In this document: piece after piece, positions 51,211 through 64,000 of the stretch
How positions within the stretch are numbered: position 1 is the stretch's first letter
Layout: each line of letters starts with the position of its first letter
The notes under the pieces: model-generated
The model's input: the letters and a program-made list of their open reading frames with translations, nothing else
The model's database searches: none
Told to the model about the DNA's origin: nothing
Position numbers and translations under genes: made by a program
Assembly (NCBI RefSeq): GCF_036321535.1
Contig: NC_087436.1
Span: 65,970,001 to 66,034,000 of the forward strand
Direction: 5' to 3'
Origin: Camelus dromedarius
Lineage: Eukaryota
Length of the DNA: 64,000 nucleotides

Positions 51211-54200
51211 ACACCCATTAAATTCACGTCTAGAAGAAGAGATGTAAAATTTAAGGTGCTTCAGCCTAAGTCCCTACATAGTCTGTGTTCATTAATGCAG
51301 TTTTTTAAAAAAGAGTCTGAGGGTGATGACTAAGGACAGAAACAACACTTTCAAATACACTTTGAGAGAAATGGAAGGTGTTTAAGTTGCTGAAAGTTAA
51401 ACTGCTTGAACTAGAAGAGATGAAGCTCTTCAGAACTGATCACTTGATATGTGCTGCTACTTGCTCTATAAGTTCATTAATATAATTTCATGGGTGGATA
51501 ATAAAAAATCAAAATCCAACAGTTAAATATCTAAGACTTGATACATATTCTCCATATACATTCAGAGTTCTGACTTTTCAATTTACAATAGAACATGAAA
51601 TCTATTTGTGCTCCTTGGAGCTATAGGAAGTGCTTGAAATCAATATAGTTATAATACATCTCTTTTTAAATTCTGTACATGGTATTTTAAAATTATTTTC
51701 GAAAGTTATATTAATATCAAATTAACTTACTATTGTACTTCTTCAGTTCAAATAGATTTAGAATGATTCTTTACAAAGTGAGGTAATAATTATTACAAAT
51801 GTAATTTAAGAGCGTATCAAATGGTTTCCATTTATGTTTTAATACATATAAAATCAAATCAGTTTATATTCATTATGAATATATCATTTAAGTGACTATA
51901 TATTAATATATGTGAGTATATATACTATATACACATATATAATTATAACTATATAAATATAATTACATACAAAACTCTAGAAATATGATTTGAAGTGTTT
52001 TTTTTTTTTTAATATCTAGCTAGGTTAAAGATGTAAAGTGAACAAACAATCAAATCAAGTTTACTAATCCTTTGTTTTTTGTTACATCAGTGACTGTGAT
52101 GCGATACTAATACTAAATTGCCTTCATATTTGCCACTCAAAAAGAAGTAACTTTATCTTTGGCCAAAACTCCAAGTCTGATTTTATGTTGCTGCTGTTGC
52201 TCTCAATATTATGGTCATTTGAAAAACAAATGGAAATGAGCTACATGTAGATTTATTACAATTTAAAAATCCCTATCAGATCATTAAAGTATATATACAT
52301 ATAGGATATGTATATTTGTATGTACACACTTTTCAATGACTTAAGCCTGGTAGAACAAAAGAAGTCACACAAAAATCAGAGACATTTCCATAAAATCATG
52401 CTCTCTAGAAATGACTGAGTTTGTTTCTGACTCAAAACAAAACCAAAAAAAGAAGTGATGCCTTCTAAAAATGGTGTGATTCACTGCAGACCTAATGACA
52501 AATTTTGAATGTTTCAAGGCATATCATGTAGGATTTGGCAACATGAAACTCAATAGAAATAATGGTTTTCCTGGCAGCCAACTTCTGTTTTCTTTGTTGT
52601 GTACCTGCAGACACAATCAAAAAAAAAATTACTCTACTGTATGACTCAATTAGGAAAAACTAAATAAAACAAAACAACCATTCAAGTCTTTAAAAGGTTT
52701 GAAGTTTCTCTGTCATGCAAAAATAACACCAAAAAACAACTTTGACTGGCTCTGAACAAAGCATCTGTAATATTTGGTAATGTAAGTAGTTTAATTACTT
52801 ATTTTAAAAGAAATACCATTGTGCTCCATTTCAACATGCACTGACATCAAATATAACCATTATTTCTGGATGAAACTGCCAAGAAAGCTAAGCCTTCTGT
52901 CAGAGTAATTTCTCCATTTTTTGAAAATAATTTGTTTTAAAGAAAGTGAGAAAACTATGCATTTATATATTCAAGAATTTGTAGCATTGTAGCAGAGGGT
53001 AAATTTTAAAACACAAAATGATCTTCAGGTAGAAGTTTGATTTTCTGAAAAAAAGAAAAGATCATTCTCAGATATTTTGACAGAAATGTTGTTTGTTTGG
53101 GGATATATTTGTTGAAACAAATATATGTATCAACAAACGTTGGTACAAAATGTTGACACAAATATATGGCAATGAAGACATTATTATGAATTCAGCCCAA
53201 GAACTGCTGGCTTTATAACCAAAGAGCTATTCTGAGAGAAAATAATGGAGAACATGAAATTGCCAACCTTTGGACACATGTTTCTGGTGCTATGATAAAA
53301 GCCTTTTGTCATTTTAAAAAAATCATTTTTTAATGAAGAACCACGCCTAAATCCTTGAGAATCTAAAATATCTATAAGAACTCTTTTAAAGTAAATATCA
53401 ACCCATATAATAATTATAATGTATATCTGTATTATTTATAAACTCATATAGATTAATTCTTTATAAAGATATTACCAATGATATGGTTACTGACTGAGAT
53501 ACAAATCTAAATTGTAAGCTATTAAATAATTTTTGTTCTATTTGACACAAATTGGTTTTGCCTAATGAAATAAGCCACAAATTTTTAAATTCTATTTACT
53601 GTTCATTATCTTCAATCAGGTTGGTTTGTAGCCCATACCAGAAAAGAATCTTATGCATTCTTATGCTGCTTATTTTATATGACATAGTTTTAGCTCTTAT
53701 TAAAGTAATTGTTGTCATTTATAGTTGTTTGAGAGAGAATTTACTCCTAATTAAAAAAAATAATCCTTTAATTGAATGAAATGTGTAGAAAAATAGTAAT
53801 AAATCATTCATCATGAAGAAATAATTAATACAAATGGAGGTAGAAAAAGTTAAATTTTGATTTGATGCAGGGAAATTTTCTCAGGTCGTTATTGTGGTAT
53901 AATAAAAGCTATTGATTTCAAGAGAGTATCACTCAAGCAGTTCAATTTTAACCTTGCATTATTTACACTCATATCATTTTACAACTTTGGTAAGGTTTTC
54001 TTTTTTCTTTTTTTTAAAAAACCTTTCACTAAACTGGTTTGTGAACCTTAATAATTTATCCACAAAACTCTTATTAGTGCAGATGCTGTGCCTAAAAGTC
54101 AAAGTCTAACTGAATAACAATTTGCTAATATGTCTAAATTGTTCAAACAAAACAGAAAAAAAAGTTATTTCTGTAATCAAAATACAGTTTTAGACCACTG

Positions 54201-54420
54201 AACCCTATTTGTTAAACAAGTTTACCCTTTGGTCTAATTTATTTTTAGAATTCATTCAATGCTCCTGTTGAGCTGGTATGGCATTAGAGGTTTTAAAACA
54301 TGAATTCTCCACTTTACAATGTGGAAAATAAATCAATGATCTCCTTATTAAGTGTTAAGAATATAAAGTATTGACCTATTTAAATCAAGTATTATAGAAT
54401 AAATTTGCACAGCTTTAATA

Positions 54421-54570
54421 CTGGATTAATTTTGCAAAATATAATTATTTTGCAGTGCAGTTAAAAAGATTTTTTTACTGCAGTTAAAAAGATTAATTTA
54501 AGAAGTTAAAATCGTTTAATCTTTTTAACTGTCAATCTTTTCTGGTTGACAGATTAATCAGTCTGACAAA
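54421..54570. repeat. Cluster of short direct and inverted repeats
   Basis: A 16-bp direct repeat at 54456-54471/54479-54494. A 16-bp perfect inverted repeat at 54481-54496/54516-54531. A 9-bp inverted repeat at 54433-54441/54446-54454. A 7-bp inverted repeat at 54529-54535/54546-54552. Confidence 0.92.
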
Positions 54571-55074
54571 AGATAATTTACTTATTTTAGAAAATGACTA
54601 ATTCTTTTTTTGGCTTTCAGTCAATTCTACTTTCTATTATCTGCCCTAACTAATTAAAACATAAGATGGTTAAAATGTTTCTGATAACAATGCCAGATTA
54701 GATAGATAGATAGATCTTAAATTCTCTCTTGTCAATAAAACCATTTAAATACATTGGCAGCTATTTGGAAGAAGCTAAATCAGTGATTGATCTGTCAAAT
54801 ATGAATAATTTCCAAATGTCTTATACCTTTGGTACTTTTATCAACATAGTAGTCCTATTTTTTCTTTTGAGAGAAGTGATTTGTTTTACATTCACTTACA
54901 CAATCACACAGAGAAGAGAGGGGTTGAGCTATCTGGAAATCTTAAAGCATTTGTTCACAGTGTATTTGATCACTTAGGAAAAAAAACTGTTAGTTGTTCT
55001 GAAGCATTCCATATCTCTTCAAAACACTAGAATGCAATTTGATCTATTTTACAATTGTTTTTTGGAAAAACTGC

Positions 55075-57139
55075 AAGCACTCCAGGTGTTCCTTGGCCTG
55101 TGGCTGCACAATTCCAATCTCTTCCTCTGTCTTTATGAGGTCTTCTTGTCTTTGTCTCCATTCTCTGGACCTCATAGGAACACTTGTCCTTCAATTTAGG
55201 ACCCACCTGTATATAGAGGTGGCATCCTGGCATTCTTAGCAAAATACATCTGCAATGAGACTATTTTTTTATATAAAGTTACATTCATAGATTCTGGAAC
55301 ACAGTCAAATCCTTAGTGGGGCCACTATTCAACCCACTGCAATATATCCATTGATTCCTTCAAATCCATGTCCTACATACAAAATACATTTACTCCATCT
55401 ATTAACATCAAAGTTTCAATCTATTGCAATACCAACTTAAGTCCAAGCTATCATCTAAATAGAATCAGCTTTTAAAAGTCCCACATTTCATCATCTAAAT
55501 CAGGTATGAGTGAGACTCTGAGTATGATTTATTCTGGGACTAAATGAGTCTCCATCTATGGACTTTTGAGATTAGGAAAAAACAAACAAACGAACAAAAT
55601 AATCTGCTTCTAAAATACAATGGTGGGATAGGCATAGGTTAGACATCCTCATTCCAAAAGAGAAAAATTGGAAGGAATAAGATACTTACTGGTTCCAAGG
55701 AAATTTGAAATCCACCAGGAAAAAGTCCTTTGGATTTCAAGTTCTGAGAACAATCCTCTGTAGCTTGATGTTCTGACTTCTTGGCCTGCAGCAGCTCTGC
55801 TTTCTGCTCTGCCTACGGTAGCTCCACCCACCTCTGTGCTATATACGAAAGCTCTGTCTCTACAGTTATTCTTTCTTTTTGGAAGGGTAGAACATGGTTG
55901 TAGCCATGTAGCTCTCTGAATCTATTCCTGCCTTTAGAATTTTGGAAGTCCAACAGCCTTCTCTCAGTTTGCCTTTTGTCTGTATAGAATTCTCCAAAAC
56001 CTGCTGATACTCCTGTGGGTAATGGGGGTTCATGCCATTACATAAGAAGGACCTCTACAGGTCTTTCCTTATTAAACCTATCTCTTTTCCTGGCTTCTGT
56101 TGAGGTGGTTAAATAGATTGATGAGTCACACACCCAATCTCTTCAGCAAAAGATTTGGTAGCCATACTTTTGGTCCTTCCCCAGAGCATGCTTTTCCAAC
56201 AGTGAGTTTTCTAATTTTAGTATTCTCTGTAGTCTGGATAGGCCAAGAACTTCTCAAATATCAAGTGCTGCATCCTTTTTGCTTAATAGTTTCTTCTCAA
56301 TTTATCTCTTTCCTCTCACATTTTACTATGAGCAGCAAAGAGAAACCAGGTCACACTTTCAAAACTTTGCTTGGAAATCTCAACTAAAGATATAAATTAA
56401 TTTCTTACAAGTTCTGCTTTCAACACAACTACAGAACAAATTTCAGCCATTTTCTGCCATAGTAACAAAGGTTGCCTTTCCTTCAGTGTCTAGTAACATG
56501 TTCCTTGTTTCTTTCAGAGTCCTTTCTAGAAGTGTCTTTAACATTCATATTTCTACCACATTCTGTTCAAGACACTCTACGCTTTTGCTCTCATGAGTCT
56601 CAAAATTATTGCAGCCTCTACTCATCTAATTTCTAAGCCACTTCCATATTTTTAGTTATCTGTCACAGCAGCACCCCATTTCTAGTCACCAAAAACTGTT
56701 TTAGTTTCCTAAGGCTTCCTTAACAAATTACTACAGATTTGGTAGCTTAAAATAATAGAAATTAATTCCTTCACAGTTCTGGATGCCAGAAGTTTGTAAT
56801 TATTGTATCATCAGGTTTGTGCTCCTTCCAGAGGCTCTAAGAGAGAATCCTTCCTTGCTTCTTCTAGTTTCTGGTGGCTCCAGGTGTTCCTTGTGTGCCT
56901 TTATAACTCCAATTTCTTCTTCCACCTCCATATGGCCTTCTTCTCTTCTTCATGTATATCTCTATTCTGTTTCTCTTATAAGGACACTTTAGGGCTCACT
57001 GGAACAATCCAGGATGATCTATCTCAAGATCTTTAACTTAATGCAATCTACAAATACTTTTTTCCTCCCAGTAATATCACATTTACAGGCTCTGGAATAT
57101 GAACATATATTTTGGGGAGCTACCATTCAACCTCATTCA
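55075..57139 (-). mobile_element. Near-complete MaLR provirus (MLT1C/D-like): partial 3' LTR ~55075-55341, internal region 55342-56696, 5' LTR 56697-57139
   Basis: Two diverged LTR copies share ctccaggtgttccttg..tccaat..attcaacc. The internal region has MaLR-int motifs (ttctaaaatacaatggtgggataggcatagg) and the boundary cagcagcacccca..accaaaaac|tg. Confidence 0.9.
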
Positions 57140-57149
57140 GGGAAAGTAA

Positions 57150-57260
57150 CAGAGCCCACACTCTACCTCTTATTAGGCATATGGTAGTAGGAAAGTTCCT
57201 TTACTTCCTAATGCCTCAATTTTCTCATCTGAAAATATGAAAAAATACCACATTCTATAC
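57150..57260 (+). mobile_element. MIR fragment
   Basis: ggaaagttcctttacttcctaatgcctcaattttctcatctgaaaat (MIR core). Confidence 0.65.
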
Positions 57261-58068
57261 TTAAGGACACTACTTAAAAGGAAAAAAAAAGATCAGGTTT
57301 CCCTGGAGAAGCATGAGAGCATTTTGAAAAAAAATGCAAACACCAAAAGAATGAAAAACACATTGAAAATTAACGAAACTACAGCAAGTAGACTGAAAAA
57401 TGGAGCAGTGTGATATCAAAAACATTCATGTACATGCAAAACGTAATTCTAATATTAAAAATTAAGGTTGTTGAAGAAAGCATATGAGTATGTAACAGAA
57501 ATTTAGTAAAACAGAAAATAAAAATATAAATTATACCTAAAAATATGGAGACAAAATTTTGAGATATATGAAGACAAAGAATTATAGAAATGGAGGTTAT
57601 AAATTTGGATTTGAAGAATATGAAATATTGTTTATGAGAACAGCAAGATCCTAAGATGTATGTGTACACATTTTAATTTACTTATTGCAATGCCAGCAAT
57701 TTATTTTTAATCAAAATTTTATAATAAACTGTATAATCAATCATTTTCAAAAGAATTAAAGTTTTAGGCAATGCATGGACCTACTAGCATTTAACCCTTC
57801 AGTTATTCAGCAATGTAAAATAGAAATTGAAACTAAAGAATTTAATATCCTTCACAGAAACTTTTTAAACTTTATAAATGGCTGGTGATGCAGTTAAAAG
57901 GTCATGATTGATTCAAAAATTTAAAAAAAAAAAAAAAAGTAACAGAACTCAGATTACCTAACGATGTCATATTTCACTTATGAATATTGAGTTGAAAGAT
58001 GATTAACTTAAACATAAAGACAATAGTATGCTCTTTAAGACCTATTCAACCACAATGTTCTTTATTTT

Positions 58069-58110
58069 TCTGTAATTATATTGTTAAAATCTGTAATTAT
58101 ATTGTTAAAA
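58069..58110. repeat. 21-bp perfect tandem duplication
   Basis: tctgtaattatattgttaaaa x2. Confidence 0.96.
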
Positions 58111-58129
58111 TCACCTTGTACTTAAAGTA

Positions 58130-58300
58130 AAATGATGTGAATTTGATTCCCTCATCTGTCACTAACTTTGAGAATTGGGCAAGCTGAGTTTACCCTTGAG
58201 ATTCATGTTTCTCTATCAAAATAGAAAGATAAATTTTACAAACTACCTTAAGGAGTATTGTGCAAAATTAGAGAATGTGTCTATAATTGATATTATAAAG
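58130..58300 (+). mobile_element. MIR fragment
   Basis: ctgtcactaactttgagaattgggcaag..gtttctctatcaaaatagaaagataa..ctacctta..attgtg. Confidence 0.55.
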
Positions 58301-59989
58301 ATTATTTACTGTAAGTATTAGACACACTATTTACAACTCAGAGAAGTGACATAATTTCTAAAGCATCCTTTTTTACCCTTGATGATAAAACTCATGTTTT
58401 AATTTAACTAATTTATTATGAGGTCAATAACACATTTTCCTGATTCAATAGGTATTCAGGAGTTCATATAAATAAGGACATAAGAGTAATTAAAATAATT
58501 CAGTATACTTCCAAGGAATTCAAGTAGCCAGATTATCTTTTAGCAGTATTCTTCTAAGTTTTCTTTGAAATTCTTCACTTTCTTCCAGGCATTAAAGGGG
58601 AAGAACATTTGTGAGAAATTTTGTATATTTGCATTAAAGATCTATTGTTCTCTTTATTTTATAATATTAAACGTATAAGATAATTGGAAGACATTGGAAA
58701 AAAATAGAGCAAATGGTAATTTAGCTGTGCAAATGGAATTTTCTATGCCAATGATATTTTTAAATGTTTCGAAATGCTCATTTAAATGAAAGCTGGACAT
58801 GGTAAAACTAAGATGTCACATTTTTTTTCAGTTAAAGAATAATGTACACGATTTTAGGTTATAAACAATCCGGAAATCAGTTTCTTATGTAATTTAATTT
58901 TATGTTGAGTAGATGTGTACACCTTCTATAAATACACTCACACATACATAGATGTAAGTGTGGTTTGTGCACTTCTTAGGGTGGTTGTTGATTTTGAAAC
59001 ATGTTCAGTTCATTTTAATCATGTGTAGATTTTATGTGGAAATTTTATTGCTTCCATTGTTACTTTTCTCATTAGTTTTTAGCAGTTTCAGTTATCACAG
59101 TACAAATATTCAAGTGTCCTATGCAGTGAGAACAGTTTTGCTTCAATACCATCACTACATGACATCTATGACTGATGACACTGCTAAAACCAATTCTTTA
59201 AATCTGTCACTTTAGGATTCTCCAGATGATTAGGAATTACTCTTCTGTGGCTATTGTTTGCAAAGTGCAGCTCACCAAAGCATACAGTACATAGTAGAGC
59301 AGAGAAGAATGATCAGAGAATGAGAATTCAGACACTGACACACGTAGAGTCTTTCTGACTTTGAAAACTGGTTTTACTCATTTTTTACAAACTTAGTTTT
59401 AGGAATCTTATGTAAATTAGTGAATGTACATTTGGTTCAAAACTAATATTTCTCCCTGACAAAAAATATGCATCTTTTCTGAGATTCACAAACCAATTAA
59501 ACATGTATGACTTCTTATTTACATACAAAGCTGAGACTTGGTTCTTGTTCATAGTAATGACTATAATATAAAGTGAGAAGTAGATTAACTAGGTAAGATA
59601 GACCAAACAGGTAGCCAAATCATGAAGTCAGTATTGGAAGCTCAGTTAGATCTAGAAAGGAGTAATTGTGCAAACAGGTATTGGTGTGCAAGTGAAAGGA
59701 GAAATGGATAAAAGTAGTCTAAAGTGAAAAGTAGGTTAGCTCTGAGGGACTCCTGGTAATAAATTCAATGTGTTTGTAAAATTGTGTGTTTTTTAATGCT
59801 TAATCAGAGAAGAGATGATTAATGTGCCACTATATTACAAGCTGTGGTAAAATACCAGAAAGTTTTAAGAAAATAGACAATGGGAAAAGTTAATTGTTAG
59901 TTTTGTACTTCATTTATTTTATTTTGTCAAAAATATCCCGTAAAGTAAAGAATGGTAGAAATAGAAATAATGCATTCACAGAATATAAA

Positions 59990-62050
59990 AGCTTTGGTGA
60001 AAAATATATTTCTACCCAAAGGATTAGCAGCAACAACAAGAAAACTCCTGGAACAGGATTATAGCAAGCTTACAAGATAAAATGTATAAACTGATATAAA
60101 AATGTTAATTGGTTTTCAACATATCATCTATGAACAACTGGATTTTTAAATTAAAAACACAAAACCATTTACATTAGCACAAAAAATGAAGTGCTTAAGT
60201 ATAAATCTAACAAAATATGTACAGAGTCTACATGAAGAAATCTTTCAAAAAATAAAAAACAGTGATGCAAGAAATCTAAGATCTAAATAAGTGGTAAGAT
60301 ATTCCATGTTCCTGGATAATAGGAATCAATGTTGTTAAGGTGTCAGTTCTTCCTACCCTGATCTATAGATTCACCATAATCCCCAAATTCCATCAAGTTT
60401 TTTTGATATCAACAAACTCATTCTAAAATTTATACACAAAAGCAGAAGACCCAGAATATCAACACAGTATTGAAGAAAAACAAATTTGGAGAACTGACCC
60501 TGACTGACTTGAAGATTTACAGTGATCAAGACAATGTGATACTGAAAAAAAAAAAAATAGTCAAATAGATCAATGGAACCTAATGAAAGCCCAGACATAG
60601 ATATACAAATATAGTCAACTGATCTTTGACAAAGGAGCAAAGGCAGTTCAGTGGAGAAGGGGTAGTATTTTCAACAAATATGCTGAACAACTGGAAATTC
60701 ACATGTAAAATTTAAAAAAAAGAATATAGACCTTACACTTTTCACAAAAAGTAATTCAAAGTGTATCATTTACCTAAATTTAAAACACAAAACTATAAAA
60801 CTTATAGAAGATAATAAAGGAGAAAATCTAGGTGACCTTTGGTTTGGTCATCTTTAGATATAACACCAAAAGCATAATCCATTAAAGAAAGATCAGTTGG
60901 ATTTAATTAAAATTAGGAACTTCTATTCTGCAAAAAACAGTTAAGAGAAAAAAAGACAAGCCACAGACTGGGAGAAAATATTCACAAAACACATGTTATA
61001 TAAAGAAATGGTATCAAAACATACAAAGAGCTCTTAAAACACAACAATCCAATTTTAAAATGGATAAAAATTTGAATAACTGCCTCACCAAAGAAGATAT
61101 ACAAATATCAAATAACCTTATGAAAAGATATCCAATATCATGTCATTAGGAAATTGCAAATTAAAACAGCAATGAGATATCATACACACCTATTAGAATG
61201 GCTAAAACCTCAAATCCTGACAACACCAAATGCTGATTAAGACGTGGATCAACAAGAACACTCATTCACTGCTGGCTGGAATGCAAAATGGTACAGCCAC
61301 TAAGAAGACAGTTTGACATGTTTGAATAATGCTATTTATAGGAAAGCAATATGATTGAGCAATCAATGCATCTAGGTATTGACCCAAACGAGATGAAAAG
61401 TTACATCTGCACATAAACCTGCATATGAATGTTCATAGAAGCTTTACTCTTAAGACAGAACTTGGAATCACTCAAGACACTCTTCAATAGGAATATAAAT
61501 AAGTAAAATACAATACATCCATACAATAGAATATTACTCTGCAATAAAAAAGTAATGAATTAACAAAACACAAAAGAAACATGGAGAAAGCTTACGTGTA
61601 TATTGCTAAGTGAGAGAAACTAATCTGAAAAGGCTACATACTGTATGATTCTAAATATAAAACATTCTGGAGAAGGAAAAACTATGAAAACATTACAAAG
61701 TTCAGTGATTGTCAGGAATTCAGGATTGTGAGACAATGAATAATAGATGGAGCACATAGCAATCTAGGTTTGTGAAACTTTTCCATATATTTTAATGGTT
61801 AATATATGACTTTATGCATTTGCCCAAATCCTTAGAACCATACAACACAAAGAGCAAACTCTAACGTAAACTATGCACTTAAATTAATAATAATGTATCA
61901 ATATTGGTTTATCAATTATAACAAAGGTATCATGTTAATGCAAGATGTTAACAGGGGCAACTCTTACAGAATGACAGGGAATATATGGGATATCTCTAAA
62001 TTTCTGTATAATTTTTATGCAAACTTAAAAAGCTCTCTAAAATTAAATTC
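59990..62050 (+). mobile_element. 5'-truncated L1MC-type element: ORF2 C-terminal remnant plus 3'UTR
   Basis: tatagtcaactgatctttgacaaaggagcaaaggca; gacaagccacagactgggagaaaatatt; cacacctattagaatggctaaa; L1MC-type end taacgtaaactatgcactt..aatgtatcaatattggtttatcaattataacaaa. Confidence 0.92.
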
Positions 62051-64000
62051 TATTATAATGTCTTTTGGGACTTTTTAACACACCCACATACAATTTTCTC
62101 TCTGTGTCTTATTATTTTATCCTAAGATTTTGTAGCAAGTTTATGTTAAGGAAAAAATGCGCATCTCTGTTGGCTATAACTTCTAAGTCATTTTACTTTT
62201 CTATTCAGGTGAACAAGACAGATTCAGAATAATGAATATTTGTGACCTCCAGTATGCAAAGTGTTGTTCTTAGCTTTAACCAGACAACCAGGGAACAGCC
62301 ATTTCATAGAGGTACAAGGGGAATCAATCAGAGATGCAGTGGTCTTCTGAGAAAGTGAGACACAAACTGTTACTTGTGAACAATACATAAAACAAAATGA
62401 ACACTGAAACAGCCCTAAACTTACATCAAAAACTTATGAATAAATTCTGGAAGAGTTAACACAATTTAAATGTTTAGTACAGTCATTGCTTTTCCAGACA
62501 TACACTTCTTTTGAAGACTGCTTCATCTCTTTAGCATGGTAATTTGAAATAATATATTGCTCTGAATTAATTACCTTGCTTTTAACATATGTAAGGTATA
62601 GTTCAGAAATTGATATGCATTAGAGATGATTCATTTTAGCATGACATCACTCAAAGAAATTATAAAAATGATACTTAATATAACTTAAAATTTTATGTTT
62701 ACAGGTATAACGTAAATGTATCAATTTTTTTGCAGATGACAACAAAGATTATACACAATATGTGTATTTTTTCCTAACTTGGACAAGACAAATGTTTTCT
62801 TTCGGGAATGGGAAACAGAAATTATAAAGTAATTAGCTGATCTTAATCTTATTTTCTTCCATTCTATCTGCCTATCAGCATAATGTAAATATTCACAGCT
62901 GAAATATGGATTAAGTTGGTATGAAAAAATCTGTAATACATATTAGAAGTCCTTCTTAAATTCCTTATGTGTATCAAAGTCTGTCTTCACCCTTTCTTCT
63001 TTTATTCTATCTCATTTTGTTTAAATACTATTCAGAAACCATTTTCAAACAATGATAGTTAATAAATAAATTCTGAGTTTAATGCAATTTATCTATTCCC
63101 AATCCACTTACGTTCATTAAATCTAGTGGTTTCATTTTCTTTAAAAAGGAGGAAAATTTCAGAAATACGAAGTCTTGCTAGCTTTTTCATGTAAGTATAT
63201 GTTGAAACTCACTGAAAGGAATGTTGTCTAAGCCTCTACATCCTAGCCTCACATGCTTTGCAAAAAAAAAAAAATCTTTTTGGAAGAATATAGGCTGAAG
63301 TTGTGACAAAGTACTTTTAGTAAAATTATAAATTTGTCTTTAAAAATTATCTGAAAATAAGAAGAAGCCAGTAAGTTTGAGTCAATCACGTAGAGAATCA
63401 TGCTTTTGCTCAAGAAGAATAATGTATCCACTCTGAAAATTCTCACATGGAAAATATTTTTCCCATTAAAATTTATTTTAAAATTAAGCCTTTATTTTTT
63501 TAAATAATATTTGAGGAAAAACATAAATTAGTTCTATCATTATGAAATGTATTAGTTCCTTGTTTAACAAAGATCCTATCTTGACTTATATTTGCAAAGA
63601 GAAATACATATGGTGGAGATACTAGGAAAATACATTTTTAATATTTCCATCTGAAATATGGCAGAAGAAAATGACAGAATAATATACTTCTTCCCTTCCT
63701 TCAGTCATTTATATTAATTTCATTATTCTCTTCACACACGAGATAGACCAGAGTCTACATTTAGATTTCTTCCTTTTCTAAATTTTTAAAAATATCTTTT
63801 TGATTAATGTCTTCTCTATGCTTTTGTATGTACTGATTTAATTTTAGTAACCACTTGTTTTTAGAACCATTTAATTCTGGAAGGTTCTGTATAAATATGT
63901 TCATGCAACGTGGCAATGAGATTATATTTGATTTGTATTACATCTTTTAATTTTATTATATATTTACTCAGACTGCAAGATAGAATTTGCAAGACATCTG

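Noticed and set aside
5825..63446. Remaining 60-110 aa ORFs in the track
   Set aside because: Their F/I/L/Y/K-biased composition is expected from AT-rich non-coding DNA. Many start at non-ATG codons or lie in repeats, and none resembles a protein family I recognise.

Overview
This is AT-rich, CpG-poor mammalian genomic DNA, either a gene desert or the interior of a large intron. I find no supportable host protein-coding gene, RNA gene, CpG island or CRISPR-like system. A tRNA-Ala-derived SINE and the L1 3'UTR type point to a camelid genome (inference from recalled repeat consensus). The window opens with a decayed near-full-length L1 (1-~5500, +). It carries two internal deletions, a dead RT motif (YGFD in place of Y/FADD) and a ~0.9 kb class II-like solo LTR inserted in ORF2. 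The rest is layered old repeats: L1M, L2, MIR, MLT1/MLT2/LTR16 LTRs and hAT fossils. Also present are a clean ERV1-type solo LTR with a 4-bp TSD (36620-37267) and a near-complete MaLR provirus (~55075-57139). The most unusual non-repeat structure is a ~150-bp knot of short direct and inverted repeats at 54421-54570. All repeat family names come from recall rather than a database search, and boundaries of old repeats are approximate. I do not see evidence of a novel biological system.
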